A stretch of DNA of 64,000 nt from Phoronis australis (Eukaryota; Animalia; Phoronida): positions 62,001 to 126,000 of the forward strand of contig NMRA01000673.1 in assembly GCA_002633005.1 (NCBI GenBank), read 5' to 3'. The notes under the pieces are model-generated. The model was not told the DNA's origin. It ran no database searches and saw only the letters and a list, made by a program, of their open reading frames with translations. The translations under genes and the position numbers were made by a program. This document shows positions 1 to 15,000 of the stretch, in pieces. Every line of letters starts with the position of its first letter. Position 1 is the stretch's first letter.

Positions 1-197
1 CAAACAAGCGATTATATGCGTCCACTGTGTGCCAGACAAACGTGATGATCTTTCTTTTAAACAATTCCCTGAAGTGTAGCAACACTGGAAAAATACCCGT
101 AGCGGACGTAATGCGAGTCTTCTATGCTTTACTCGATTAGGAAATGCTTGCCACCTCTCGTCAACATTTCCCCCCGCAGTCTGGACAAAAATTAGAA

Positions 198-1512
198 ACA
201 AGAGCAACGCGGAGCATTGAAATACGCCCACGAATGCATTGCAAATGGTGTGTTTTTACGGTTATTTATTTGTATCATAAAAATGGCCACTATATGGCCC
301 AAAACATACAGTCCATCCAAAAACAGGAAAATGCCATATTTCATAAAAATCAGTCAAGCAACTTCGGAGAAACAAAGGAAAACAGAATGAAATGAAATTT
401 CCACTAGTGGGCACAGACTCCGTTGGATCTGCCTGAAAGTCGTCGTCGTCTGTTGCTATCTTCATACAAATACACTTACTAAATTAGTAAAGATCCTGAA
501 ATGGGTTTAGGAGATACAACTATGGACGCAAAACAAAACTACAACTAGGAGGCGCCACAGTAGTCAGTCACCATCATCATAGGTCGTCTTCACATTGAGA
601 ACATATATATTTAATAAATATTTTCAAATGAATTGGTTGATACAGGGGTGGAAGCCAAAAACACGGTTTGAAAACAGAGAAAATGGCCACTAGGTGTTGC
701 AAAATACCTCGATTACATCCAAAAACAGAAAGATAGAGTTATCACACCAATAGATGCCTATATTTAAAATTTTATGACAATCTGTTGAGGACCTTTGAAG
801 ATACGTAAAAAAACTAAAATTTCCACTAGGGGGCACAGCAGTAGTCTGATCTGTCCGAAGTCGTCGTCATCGTAGTCACCATCATATAAATACACTTGCC
901 AAATTAAGTAAAGACCGTGCAAACAGTTTAGGAGATATAGCCATAGGCGCAAAAAAAACTGCCACTAGGAGGCGCCACAGTAGTCGAAATCGTCGAAAAA
1001 TCATCGTCAACCGTTCTATTTATAATAAGCAAATACATGCCAATTTTCAAATTCATCTTTTGAGCGGTTTGGTTGATAGAGTGGTGGAAGCAAAAAAAAA
1101 CGACTGGAAAACAGTAAAAATGGCCACTAGGTGGAGCAAACTACGTCAAATTCATCCGAAAACAGGAGGATAGCTTCACCTCACTAATATGTGCCTACAG
1201 TACATACCAAATTTCATGGAAATCCGTTAAGGACTTTTTAAGATACAAAGGTAAGCGTAAAAAACTAAAAAAGCCACTAGGGCGCACACCGGTAGTGGGA
1301 TTCCTCCGAAAAGTCGCTCATGCCGTCCCATTCACAACTGCAACATATGTGCCAAAGTTCATGAACGTACGTCAAAGGGATTTGGTGATAGAGCAGCGGA
1401 CGCCGGACGCCGGCCGGACGGACGCCGAACGGACGGAGGGACGGACAGACGGACGGACGGACGGAGATGACGGCATAATACGTCCACACATAAACATGTG
1501 GGCGCATAAAAA
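198..1512 (-). mobile_element. Non-autonomous Helentron-type element (HINE/DINE-1-like), copy 1
   Basis: On the minus strand: T-run, subterminal repeat ATGCGCCCAC with its nearby inverted copy, (CCGT)n microsatellite, internal tandem repeats, second subterminal repeat, terminal hairpin CAACGC-nnn-GCRTTG, CTTGTT. Confidence 0.8.
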
Positions 1513-2262
1513 GGGAAGTACGCATCGTGCACGACGGTCAAATGTAGCCGGAGAAGGCCTTGTGCTGTAGTCTACGTCATAGTAACCAGTCTGTTAAATT
1601 CCATAAACATCCATCAAGGAACCTGATGGATCAAAAATGCTAAGAAAAACAAATTGCCACTAGGGGCATCAGTTGGATTTGTCTCCAAACACACATCAGT
1701 TGTAATCTCGCCGATAAAGCACACGGAGATTTGAAGACGACCTGTCAAGGAACTCTGTAGGCATTGAAACACAGGCAAGAACTACCCGTATATAGAGTCG
1801 GAAATCCCCAAAGTCATCATCAACCTCCCGTCCACGTCCAACAGGAAACATCTTACTCGACAAATAGATATCGAGGCAGGGGCAAAAGTAAAATTTCCAC
1901 CACCGGATTCAGCTGCAGCCTGAATGGTCCCATTCAAATTCACGAAAATCCTTTAGAGTAGTCAGGTTCGTCCGAAAATCAGTGTAAGCCTCGCTATCTC
2001 CAATAAAAACGAATATCTGTCAATTTCACAATCTTTCACCGATTTATGGAGGCAAAAGAAAAAAATAAATCTCCTACTAGGGTATATGCCGTTATTCAGA
2101 TCCGTTCTATTTTGAATGCCAGACGCATGCGCTTGTGAACAATATATTCATTGGCTGTCTATAGAACCGTTTGACAGATAAAGAAGTGGGGGCAAAAACG
2201 GAAATCGGAATATTTAATAAAAAAATGCCACTAAGCGTGCGCGCTCCCATCCTTTGATATTG

Positions 2263-2497
2263 GGGGCTCAAATTTCTGACAAAGTGGACCTTTTGCTTAC
2301 AAAAATGCGGGAATTGTAAAAAAAACAGGATACCACATTCAGATCTGTGAGCTGTGAGTCTGCGCCTTTTAATGAACTTTTATCTCGTTTTCTCGGATTT
2401 TTTGTTCCTCTGAGGCGGACCTTTTTACCCACTTCGCCAAATGGGGAGGGTTCGTTCGGGTCCCCGAGCCCCCCCCCCCTTGGGTGAGCGCATGCTA
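2263..2497. mobile_element. Dispersed MITE-like repeat; second copy at ~3284-3510
   Basis: Shared core ttttttgtt.ctctgaggcggacct...cccacttc.cca with G/C-run ends. Confidence 0.5.
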
Positions 2498-2825
2498 TGG
2501 GGCCCAACAGTTGACGGATATGTCCAAATATATGTGATTATTTGTTTAAGGTTTTTTATTGGAACGCATCTGCCAAATTAAATAATGACCCACTACATTG
2601 TTTGTTCACCGTGACGGCAAACGCAAAAATATCAAATTGTCAGCAGGTTGGACAGCAGTGGTCGGAACCGTCAAAAGTGTTGTCATCAGCGACAGCTTCA
2701 AGGCAACTTGCGTGGAAATTAACCGGGAATTTAGAACACACAATTAGCTCCCAGGCACATGCAGAATGCATAAAGACAATACGCACACTCATGTTTTGAT
2801 GAGGGTACATAAAATTATTCATTAC

Positions 2826-3004
2826 CATGGACTGGTCTGTAACGGTCACCGTTATGGATTCGTCATGCCACACAGGACCGTGAGGTCCAGATTTTTTAAA
2901 CAAATGCTGCTCGTTACCAAACAGATCTGTCAAGAATACCATCAGGTCGCCCATGTTCCTGTCACCATCCATATTCCATTTGAAGGAGAAACAGTAGTCT
3001 CCAG
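2826..3004 (-). CDS. MAM7 exon c (exon d expected beyond the window start)
   Basis: DYCFSFKWNMDGDRNMGDL, 179 bp, tttcag| and |gtaat boundaries. Confidence 0.88.
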
Positions 3005-6000
3005 CTGAAAAACAAAATGAAACATTAATCCCGTTACGAGACTAATCAACAGCATAAAAGAGGACGATAATATGAGGCTACAAGAATGATTACACATGTA
3101 ATTGACCTTTTTATTGATAATTAAAACCTGTTAATCTGAGAGGGTACATTTTTAGAATGATGTGTCACGAAAGTTATCGACTTATCGGTGAGCTGGCAGT
3201 TCAAGATGAATAACTGCTACATGTACGTCGTTTACTCGTTTGAAATATAACATGAACTTCTTCATGCGCACACCCAGCTTTAAATGGGGGCTTGAATTGA
3301 GAATGTCGACCATTTACTAAGATTCACGGGGTTCGGATTCGAGTTATGAATTGTGTATTCGTCGAATTTGGGTAGTTCCTGCCTTTTTAGTGGACTTTTG
3401 TTTCGTTTTCTACTTTCTTCTGATTTTTTGTTTCTCTGAGGCGGACCTGTTTTGCCCACTTCCCCATATACATGTACAGGGCTTGTTTGAATCCCCCAAC
3501 ACTGGATGCGAGTATATTCTTGGAGTTCGAAATTCCGCTTTAGTGTGATCTCTGCAGATCGTATACTATACACTCATACATGTCTACTGTCAGTGGACAA
3601 GAGCCATGCTTGCGAGACCTTGCAACGCGGAATGTCGCGCGAGTATTGGCGAGGATGCACGTGGAAACGAGAGCAACGCGGAGCGTTGAAATGCATTCAC
3701 GAATGCATTGCATATGGTGTGCTTTTAGGGTTATTTATTTGTATCATAAAAATGACCACTAGATGGACCAAATCGAACAATCCATCCAAAAACAGGAACA
3801 TGCCATATTTCATAAAAATATGTCAAGGGACTTCAAAGAAACAAAGGAAAACAGAATAAAATGAAATTGGCACTATTGGGCACAGTGTCCGTTGGATCTG
3901 CCTGAAAGTCGTCGTCGTCTGTTGTTATATTCATATAAATACACTTACTAAATTTACTAAAAATCCTGTTGTGGGTTTAGAAGATACAACTATGGAAGCA
4001 AAACAAAACTATCACTAGGAGACGCCACAGTAGTCAGTCACCATCATCAAAGGTCGTCTTCACACTAAGAACATATATATTTAATAAATATTTTCAAATG
4101 ATTTGGTTGATACAGGGGTGGAAGCCGAAAACAAGATTTGAAAACAGCAAGAATGGCCACTAGGTGGTGCAAAATACCTCGATTCCATCCAAAAACAGGT
4201 GGATGAAGTCATCACAACAATGGATGCCTATATTTAAAATTTCATGACAATCTGATGAGGACCTTTGAAGATACAGGGTTAAACGTAAAAAATTAAAATT
4301 GACACTAGGGCGCACAGCAGTAGTCAGATCTGTCCAAAAATCGTCGTCATCCTTAGTCAACATCATATAAATATACTTACTAAATTAAGTAAACATCGTG
4401 CAAACGGTTTAGGAGCTACAGCCAGAGCGCGAAAAAACTGCCATTAGGAGACACCACAGCAGTCGAAATCGTCGGAAAAATATCTTCAACCGTCTTCTTT
4501 ATAGTAAACACATACATGCCAATTTTCACAATCATCTTTTGAGCGGTATGGTTGATACAGGGGTGGACGCAAAAAAAAACAGATTCGAAAACAGAAAAAT
4601 GGCCACTAGGTGGCGCAAACTACGTCGAATCCATTCAAAAACGGGCGAGTTGCGTAATCTCACTTAAAGGTGTCTACATACCAAAGTTCATGAAAATCCG
4701 TTAAGGACTTTTGCAGATACATAGGTAAACGTAAAAAATAAAATTACCACTAGTTGCACACCGGTAGTTGGATCTGTCCGAAGTTTCGCTCATGCCGTCC
4801 CATTTATAAATGAAACATGTGTGCCAACTTTCACTTGAACGTACGTCAAAGGGTTTGGGAGATAGAGCACCGGACGCCGGACGGACGGACGGAGATGACG
4901 GCATAATGCGTCCACATATAAATATGTGAGCGCATAATAACGACTTCAAATGAGAAATTCTTACACAATTACTACAACTGTTGATTTATTGAAGATACAT
5001 ACTCTATACTACAGCTAGAGTGTTTACATGTACATGTAGACATGCAGTTAACAGTCCGGAGTCTAAACTTATGCCAGTGGCCGAGTGCAGCGCAGTTTCA
5101 CCGGTGGCTCATGAACATTGCATACTGCATTTGAATTTCGAATTGCACATTGGCATCGCTTAATACTTGCCTGGGAATACACTCGATTCGATTTTTGCAA
5201 CAGAGAATGACGCGACTGGTGAAGAAACTTCGGCGTAAAGATAGTAATTGCCGTCGGCCGCTCCCGATGGACCTGTCCCGCTTGACGGAGTTCCCCCCTA
5301 CAAGAACACCAACACATAATTTAAATATTTCTTATATGTTAATCAGGTATGGTCAAGTGTCTTCGGGGTAACTTGTTACCATTTCAGCCATCTGTACATT
5401 CCTCAGCACTCGTGTATTGTAAGTTCTCTTCGAACATCGACATGATCAAACTCACAACATGGCATTCGATTCGCGCATTGGCTTGCACCATCCGTAACAG
5501 TGCAAAAGGCACGCTTCTTCGGAGTTTGTGTAAACCTGCTAATTATGTTATGAGGTTAGGTCATTGGCTTAATACTTTACCATCTCGTTTATAATGGGGA
5601 GTATATGTGGACTTAGCATGACGTTTACACCAGAAGTTCGTCCTGGTATATTAATGAAATTTAGCTGCTCTTGAAATTTGGTTCAGTTTACAGATATTCT
5701 ACCATCCTCAGAACTTTTAAAAACATTGTCCTCTAATTTTCAGTATACTATGTAACACTGTTCTTAAACCAGTGACCTGAAAATGAGTGTTCCTGAAAAT
5801 GAGCTTTCCGTGAAATTGTATAAATTTTAAAGCCTAACTTCAACGGAATTTTGTTACTTTAGATGTATTAGGAGAACCAAATAGTCCTAGCAAAGCCTTA
5901 GTAAAATAAGAAAACGCTAGTTCAATCACGCAAGTGTAAGCCCGTCGAATGATAAGTGAAGCTACCTTTTCGTGCCTTGTTGAGTCACCGCGAGATCCTA

Positions 6001-9000
6001 GCACAAACAACAAACGGTTGTATTGAATAGGGGCCTGAATAGAACACCACTGCGTGCGGGTGTTATTCGCAGCTGTTTGACTTAAAATGTGACTCGCGGT
6101 GACGTAGACAAAAAGAAACTAATACGCATAACAGTTCGTTACATTTGGCAATGTATGGCACTAGTGGGCTCAGAGCGATGTTTTTAACATACTGTAGGAA
6201 CCAAATTTACAGGTGTTACCGTTGAAGATAGGCTTTAAAGGTTGGGTGTCACCGGAAACGTCGGGCAACCTGGAGGTAACTTACCGATCGTACAGTCCAA
6301 TCAAAGTCATCGGTGTGTACTTGTTTCCACATGCAAACGTTGTCGTTTTCAAAGTCACATGACGCCGCATTTACTACGTAAAACAAAATAAAGATAACGA
6401 GATTATGATCTGCCTACAGCAACACTTATAGAGGACTAACTTAAAAGAGGCATGGAACGCGAAATCTCGTCAAAAGATCTTTTAAACATTTCCTGACAAA
6501 AGTACCTCATCACAACGACTAGTACATAGTAATTAACATTTCTCTGGGAGGAAATTTCCACAAAAATCACAAAATTGACGATTTTTGAAATACACGTGCA
6601 ACAAAAAAATTGGTTACCACAGATTTTCTAATCTCTCCAGCACTTATGGTAAATGCGCATGCACTCACACTCTGTTTCTTGAAGTCGTTTGAGGTCAAAG
6701 GTCACATTTTCATATAAGCTAAATGTGCTACGTCTATGTCTTGCAATACCAAATAAAGAGACGTGCTTCGCCTTGTAAAAGAAAAACCGAAGAAGTGAAA
6801 AGCAATTGACGGGTGGCTTTTTCGAAATTCCAAACTACATGTAAAGGAAAATGCTTTGATATCAACAGAAACTAAAAACCTTTACGGACAAACACTTAAG
6901 CGGTGGTCCAGAATTTGTAAGGCTTCTAGAAAATGGTTTTGTTAGTACTTCAGGGGGGCAATTTTAATTTGATGTTTTTAAATTCATTTAGTAGAATGTT
7001 TTCAAAATCTAAAAAGTTCGCCCATTTAAAGTTGCACATTTCTGAGAAATTTGAGTTTGAAATCGCATAATAACCACCATGGAGCTTAAGAGAACTTGTA
7101 TTTGTAAAAACAACAGTTTTTGTTATCTTTTTTGTAAAACAAGTAATATGGTCCCATCGATGTCATTGTAAATGTATTTAACAATAATACACTGATATTA
7201 CATGTTTTAGTATTGTAGACTTATTGTAAACAGTGAAATTTAAAAAATGTAAAGTGACACCTACTGACATAAATGCAAACTAAGACTGAATGTTACTAGG
7301 AAGTTGTTCTGGCCTTGTCTGGCAACAAAAATAACACAAACCAATTGAGACTGGGCAAAATTTGAGCCCCAATCACTGAACCACTGACTAATTAATTAAA
7401 ATATAGCTTGTTTGCACCAGAAATACGTCATAGTATAAAAACATTATAGTTGAATGATCTCTGTGAATGTGAGCAGAGACTGTATGACAATAATGGATTA
7501 TTCTGATAGCACTAAGCAAGCAGTATCAGACAAATACATGACAGTGATCAAAGTATGTACTTTCTATGACTTAATCAACAAATAAAACTCACTTTTTAGT
7601 ACAAAAAAAACACAATATGGGATTGGAGGTCTATTTAGGGTTGACTTGTCAAAGAACTGTCCGATGTTATGCAGCCAGTGTTGCTACCATTACTACAGTT
7701 GTCACAGCTGCACATTTCTGTACAGTTTGACCCAGCATTGCATCACAAACTCAGTTTCTCAACACAATGTTCTTTTTGCACTTGCAGCGTTCATGTTTAG
7801 TACTGTCAATGGAACTGCAGGCATTGCCATATATTTTAACCGCAAAGCTCTACCGCCAAGGAGCCATCTTTGGTCGAGTAGAGAGGGTACATAACTGCAC
7901 ACTGGTGATTATCCAGCATGCAATAAAGGGTCAAACACTAAGTCCATGGTTGGAGGCGGGCAGGATTTGGGCAAACGTTTGATTCAAAATATGTTATACT
8001 GGGCTGTCTTAATTAGAATTAGCAAGAGAATTATTGATCACTAGCCTCAATTCACTTTCGTATCTGTTAGTTGGGCACAAACTACAACAGTGAGTAGCTT
8101 CAACAGTCATTTCTTAAGATTGCCTGTCCAAATAACATCATGCACACAAGCTTTCTGAAGAACGGTTTCAAAGTCTTGTTTTAGTTTTGAAAGGCAAATG
8201 ATATCTCCATGTGTTAGAAGCTTTGACTCAATGAACTCCAAACAAAACTGTAGAAAACCATCTCTGAAAACTGAATTTATCACTCTTCACAATTTTTGTC
8301 TTTCTATTTTTATAGCATGATAATCTGTGGTACTTGGCTTCTAAGACACAAGGTCTTTAACTTTGAATTTCATTTGCATATTCAGGGCTCTGAACTGAGC
8401 TGTTGCTTGCGATACAATTCCAACTGAAAAAACCAAACAGTCAACAGCAATTTAACATTTAGCTATGGGTGAGTTCGCATGCAACTTTTTCAGACGGACT
8501 TACCAGGAACTGATCCACCACCAGCCTAATAAATTTACATGCCATCTGATCAGTAGCCTAAAACTGTTGATTATCTAATAAGTAGATTAGTTGATGCAAC
8601 TGAAAATAAGTCAGTCACCAATGCAGTGATTGAAATTTTGTTTTTAAATCAGATGCTCACATCATAGCCAATCGATTTACACTTAAGGTAATCGACATTT
8701 GACGAAATGGACAGTGGCTTCCACCGTCCTCAAATTACGACGGGATGGCTGGCCACTTGGGCACTTTGATTTAATTACCACTGCAGCTACCTAAGTAATT
8801 AATGTTTACAAAACGTGAGAAGAGGTTCCCCCTATCTCAGGATTACGGCAGGGGATGAAGACCACTTGGGCATGTTGGTTGCAACCACGTACTCCATTTA
8901 ACCCTCCCCCCAAAGTACTCACAAGGATTAATGCTATAAGAGCTGGCCCACCGACTAACTAAAAATATCTGGTGAGCAGGTTTAATACTCTTTCACTGGC

Positions 9001-12000
9001 TGAGAACCAGTTTCGATTTTCCATTTTAGTCCGTTTATGTCGTCCAAGGCCTCTTTAAATACATAGAGTGCTAATGCCTGACCTGAAAACACTTAAAGTT
9101 CAACATTAAATGATGGGGTATGAGGCACAGACAGAATGGAATATCTCTCGTGAAAGTTCTGCAAAATAAGGTGAGTACTGGCGTAGTCACGGATACACCC
9201 CTGTTCGTTGCAAGAAGCACCCCACTTCTCGTATACAAAACATACTTCAAATGCGTTTGGCCTCACCGCAGCTGTTTAGTAATGTTTTAGACACGGTCTA
9301 CGGTGTCACAAGCGTTATGCAGGACAGTTGTTAAGACGGTTGCAGGGCAGAGAAAATGCCAAAAACAACTGTGAGTTCAATTCGAGTACAAGGATTAGAG
9401 ACCAGGCCATGATTAGTACCAAGAACACTGAACAGACCAAACAGTAATTCAATACAAACAACGACTCTGTTTTTACCAAAGCCAACACCTGTCGTAGCTG
9501 TTGGCCATTGTGTGCTCTGTACAACAGGTGTCGTTCTTTGCGTGCTTGTTGTGTAGTGTGTTGTTTTCTGCGTGCTAAATACGCTTGGCGTTGTCTTTCT
9601 CGTGCTTGGCACGTAAGGCGTTAGACTGCTTGATCCCTGGCATGGACCGGTTTTTAAAACAAGGGTGTCGATGGCAATATCGCCTTTCCATGTCTGCGCT
9701 TTGTTTGCCAAAATCAGAAGCTGAAAACGAAAGAGTATGCTACACAGACAGGGATGTCATTAAGAAATGGGAGGTGAAGTTTGCTCCACCACTTTTATAA
9801 AGATCTACATGATAATCCTTCACAAAACTTAATCGACAAGTACGGAGATTCGTTCACACCAATTCTGACCGCGACATGAAGACAATTAATCAAACCATTT
9901 CCATCGTTGCAATTCCATGTAGACTATTAATATTGCCACCTTCACGCCTAGAACTCAGTTTGAAATGTCGAAAATTGCTGTCTAGTTTTTTATTCCTGCT
10001 AAACTTCCACTTGTTGTTTAAATTTGCAACTAACTCCATTCAATGATCGTTACAGCGGATATTATCAATTACCGTCGACACGTCATTAGTGGTCACAGGT
10101 ACAGACTCATCATGCCACGTATCTCCGTGAGATCCAGACCTCTTAAACAGTGGCTGCGTGTTACCTCCGTGCTGGTCAACCAACGCGATCTCCAGATCTC
10201 CCATAGCGCTGCTGCCGTACATGTGCCATTTGAAGGAGAAACAGTAGCTCCCACCTAGAATAGGATATTTTGTGAATAGCAATTTATGTAATAGTGGATG
10301 TTTTGTATTCAATCAAGTAAGTTTCGTCCAAGCAATGGTAGAGCAAGACAGGTATATTTCCTCAGTGATTGCGAGTGATCGCGAGGAAACCAATGTATTA
10401 GGACTAGGTGCAGACAAAGACGTACGTGGGCATCTAGGGGTGTTTTACGAATCACTACATGTTGCTTGTTCCTGCCATTACTATATACTTGCCTGGGAAT
10501 TTTGACGATTCTAGTCCTGCTACACTGTCACTGGGGACAGGAGACGACACTTCAAGGTAGAGGTAATTCTTGCCGCCAGCTGCACCACTTGGACCAGTAC
10601 CGGAAGAAGGAGTTGGACCCTAGGTGGGTAGCAATTAGCACACGTGTTAAAGTAAATTCCAAAACAAGCTTAACTTTTCACTGAAAATTTATTCACTTGA
10701 GTTAGGGAGTGACCGTAAACCCACTATCAACCTCATGAATACCAATGGTCGACAACGCAATACAGCACAATCACAAAGGCCATGGTAAAACATTGAATTG
10801 CCAATAGATGGAACAGCGGTGTTCAGATGGTTCCAAAACTAGTTGTCATCTGTCATTAGCCACATATGTGGGGAATAAATGGGAACGTATAACTACAATC
10901 TATTTTTCACAAGTCTTTACTGGCACACAGCACCAATATCCGAATCAGACCTCTGGCGTACGTACCAAATATGCTAATGCTGAACAACGCAAATGAACTA
11001 AGGGGAATTCGTGTCACAACTGCTGCTAACATTTGGCAGCTCGCAGTGTACTTACCGATTTTACTGTCCAATCGATGTCGTCAATTTGGAGTTGCTTCCA
11101 CATGCAGATGTTGTCGTTTTCAAAGTCACATGACGCCTCCTTCACTGAAACCAAGAAAAAAACGAAAGAGGTCGCATAACCTATTTCATAAATATCCTGG
11201 AACAGTTCTATTTGATTTTCATTATGTACAACATCACCTCGCCGCGGCGTGATTGGCATGACGAAAAGCAAATTAATTTACAAGGACTCTGGCAATTCGT
11301 ATACAATGCAGCTCAATGCTCTCAAAATTCACATTTTGGTACTAAAATCAGATTATTACCAACTACTGGGGTTGGCGTTGTTCCTTGTGTTCTTTGTACA
11401 GTAGGCGTCGTCCTTCGTGTGCTAGGTAAATATGGAGTTGTCCTTCTCGTGCTTGGTACGTAAGTTGTCGAACTTCCTGATCCTTGGCATGGGCCGGTTT
11501 TTAAAACGAGAGAGTCGATGGCAATATCACCTTGCCATGTCTGCGCTTTGTTTGCCAGTATCAGAAGCTGAAAACGAAAGAGCATGTTACACAGTCAGTG
11601 ATGCCAGTAACAAATGGGAGGGGAAGTTTGCTCCACTAATTTTTGAAAGATCTACATGATAACCCTTCACAAAACTTAATCGACAAGTACGGAGATTCGT
11701 TCACATCAATTCTTACTTCGACATAAAGAGAACTAATCAAACCCCTTCCATCGTCGCGATTCCATGTCAGCTATATTGCCACCTTACGCTTAGAACTCAG
11801 TTTGAATTGTCGGGAATTGCCCTCTAGTTTGTATTCCTGCTAGGCTTTTACTAATTGTTGATGAGACAGGTTCAAATGTGCAACAAAATCCACATTATAA
11901 TCGTCAAAAACAGACATTATCAATTACCGTCGACACGTCATTAGTAGTCACAGGTATAGACTCATCATGCCACGTATCTCCGTGAGATCCAGACCTCTTG

Positions 12001-15000
12001 AACAGTGGCTGCGTGTTACCTCCGTGCTGGTCGACCAACGTGATCTCCAGATCTCCCATACCGCTGCTGCCGTACATGTGCCATTTGAAGGAGAAACAGT
12101 AGTTCCCACCTAGAATATGACATTTTGTGAACAGCAGTTTATGTAATAGTGGATGTTTCGTATTCAATCAAGTATTCAAGTTTTGTCCAAGCAATGGTAA
12201 AGCAAGACACGTATATTTGCTCAGTGATCGCGAGTGATTGCGTGCAAACCAATGTCTTAGGACTAGGTGCAGACGACGACGTACGTGTTCAGCCAGCACA
12301 ATTTGTTGCTATATACCTGTACCTGTAGGGTACGCAAGGTGAAAAACTTCTGACGTTCGTCATCTATGTATGTCAACCATTTGCGTCGCAAAATCAAACT
12401 ACTAAAAGGATCCCACTCCACAGTAAACGAGTGTTCGGTGGTATAATATGGCAATTAGATGGCGCACAATACATCGAATCCGTCCAGAAATGAAAATGCG
12501 CCATCGTCGTCTCTTTCATGGAAAACAGTTCATAAATTAAATGAAAAACCGCCTAGGAACTGCAAAGACAACGCGAAAACAGAAGTAGCCATCAGCACGA
12601 AAAGCGGTATACGGATCCATCCAAAAATCTTTGACAACCAATCAGGGGCCGGTCCAGGATTTTTAAAAGGGGGGTGGTCGGATCAATGCTCTGTTACAAA
12701 GATGAGAATTTAAGTTAATAATTTTAAAATTCTAGATTAGATATCACTAAAATCAAAAGAAAAACGAAGGGGTGCGGACCACTTTGACCTCCTGGATCCG
12801 CCTATGAAAGTGCTACATTTAGAGGAAGAAACTTGCAGAGATACAACAAAGGAAAACCAAATACGGCAGTGTACGCAAAGATGACAAAATTATCACTAGG
12901 GTGCGCCACAGTTGCCCAACCTTCCAATTATCCACATCATCCAGGGCTTGTACATCTGCAATACAGCAGCAGTTTCATAATGATCCTTTGAGCAGTTTGG
13001 CGGATAGCAAGGGGAACTTGGTGAGACAGAATCAGCCAAATCTGTTCGAAATTGGGAAGGAGTTTTGGTTTCGTCGCTAGAAACTTGTTTGAAAAATTTC
13101 TCAAGAGCCAATGACGACTAGCTACAGAGTAGTATTCGCTTAGGTAAGAAATTCATTGTCATGTTTTGGCAAGCTTTTTAGGAACGTGTGCCAAATCTCA
13201 TCTGGGTTTAGAAAATGCTTCAACGAGATCCGTAGATACATCGACAAACGTAATTCTTCCAATAGGAGGTATTGTGGTATTCGGATGGGTCCAAAACTCG
13301 TCCTCATTCCTCGCCAGCGTCACAGGAGAACGTCACGCAAATCACACTGATTTCCCAGAAAGGTTTCAGTAGTACAGCAGCGGATCCGGACGCCAAGACA
13401 GAGACAATTTTATTGTCAATGCATCTATATGCGCTGAGTGTTTGTGCGCGAATGAAATACAGGCTTTCCAGCAAAAAACTTAGTATTCAACCGTTATTAG
13501 ACACAAATACAGTTGACAAAAGCAACGCGAAGCGTTAAAAAGCACCCACGACTGAAACACAAAACGTGTGCATCTAGTGGTGTTTTACGAATCACTGCAT
13601 GTTGCTTGTTCCTGCTATTACTATGTACTTGCCTGGGAATTTTGACGATTCTAGTCCTGCTACACTGTCACTGGGGACAGGAGACGACACTTCAACGTAG
13701 AGGTAATTCTTGCCGCCAGCTGCACCACTTGGACCAGTACCGGAAGAAGGAGTTGGACCCTAGGTGGGTAGCAATTAGCACACGTGTTGAAGTAAATTCC
13801 AAAACAAGTTTAACCTTTCACTGAAAATTTATTCACTTGAGTTAGGGAGTTACTGTAAACCCACTATTAACCTCATGAATACCAATGGTCGACAACGCAA
13901 TACAGCACACTCACACAGGCAATGGTAAAACATTGAGTTGCCAATAGATGGAACAGCGGTGTTCAGATGGTTCCAAAACTCGTCGTCATCTGTCATTAGC
14001 CACATATGTGAGGAATAAATGGGAACGTATAACTACAATCTATTTTTCACAAGTCTTTACTGGCACACAGCACCAATATCCGAATCAGACCTCTGGCGTA
14101 CGTACCAAATCTGCTAATGCTGAACAATGCAAATGAACTAAGGGGAATTCGTGTAACAACTGCTGCTAACATTTGGCAGCTCGCAGTGCACTTACCGATT
14201 TTACTGTCCAATCGATGTCGTCAATTTGGAGTTGCTTCCACATGCAGATATTGTCGTTTTCAAAGTCACATGACGCCTCCTTCACTGAAACCAAGAAAAA
14301 AAAACGAAAGAGGTCGCATAACCTATTTCATAAATATCCTGGAACAGTTCTATTTGATTTTCATTATGTACATCACCTCGCCGCGGCATGATTGGCATGA
14401 CGAAAAGCAAATTAATTTACAAGGACTCTGGCAATTCGTATACAATGCAGCTCAATGCTCTCAAAATTCACATTTTGGTACTAAAATCAGATTATTACCA
14501 ACTACTGGGTTTGGCGTTGTTCCTTGTGTTCTTTGTACAGTAGGCGTCGTCCTTCGTGTGCTTGGTAAATATGGAGTTGTCCTTCTCGTGCTTGGTACGT
14601 AAGTTGTCGAACTTCCTGATCCCTGGCATGGGCCGGTTTTCAAAACGAGAGAGTCGATGGCAATATCACCTTGCCATGTCTGCGCTTTGTTTGCCAATAT
14701 CAGAAGCTGAAAACGAAAGAGCATGTTACACCGTCAGTGATGCCAGTAACAAATGGGAGGGTAAGTTTGCTCCACTAATTTTTGAAAGATCTACATGATA
14801 ACCCTTCTCAAAACTTAATCGAAAAGTACGGAGATTCGTTCACATCAATTCTTACTTCGACATAAAGACAACTAATCAAACCCCTTCCATCGTCGCTGAC
14901 ATGGTCAGCTATATTGCCACCTTACGCTTAGAACTCAGTTTGAATTGTCGGGAATTGTCTTCTAGTTTGTATTCCTGCTAGGCTATTACTAATTGTTGAT

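Noticed and set aside
1277-1570. Recurrent 60-110 aa ORFs (RPSVRPS, GRTDGRTD), also at 4701, 24317, 30896, 44520 and 55583
   Set aside because: Readings of the HINE GACG microsatellite end, with stops and frames not conserved among copies
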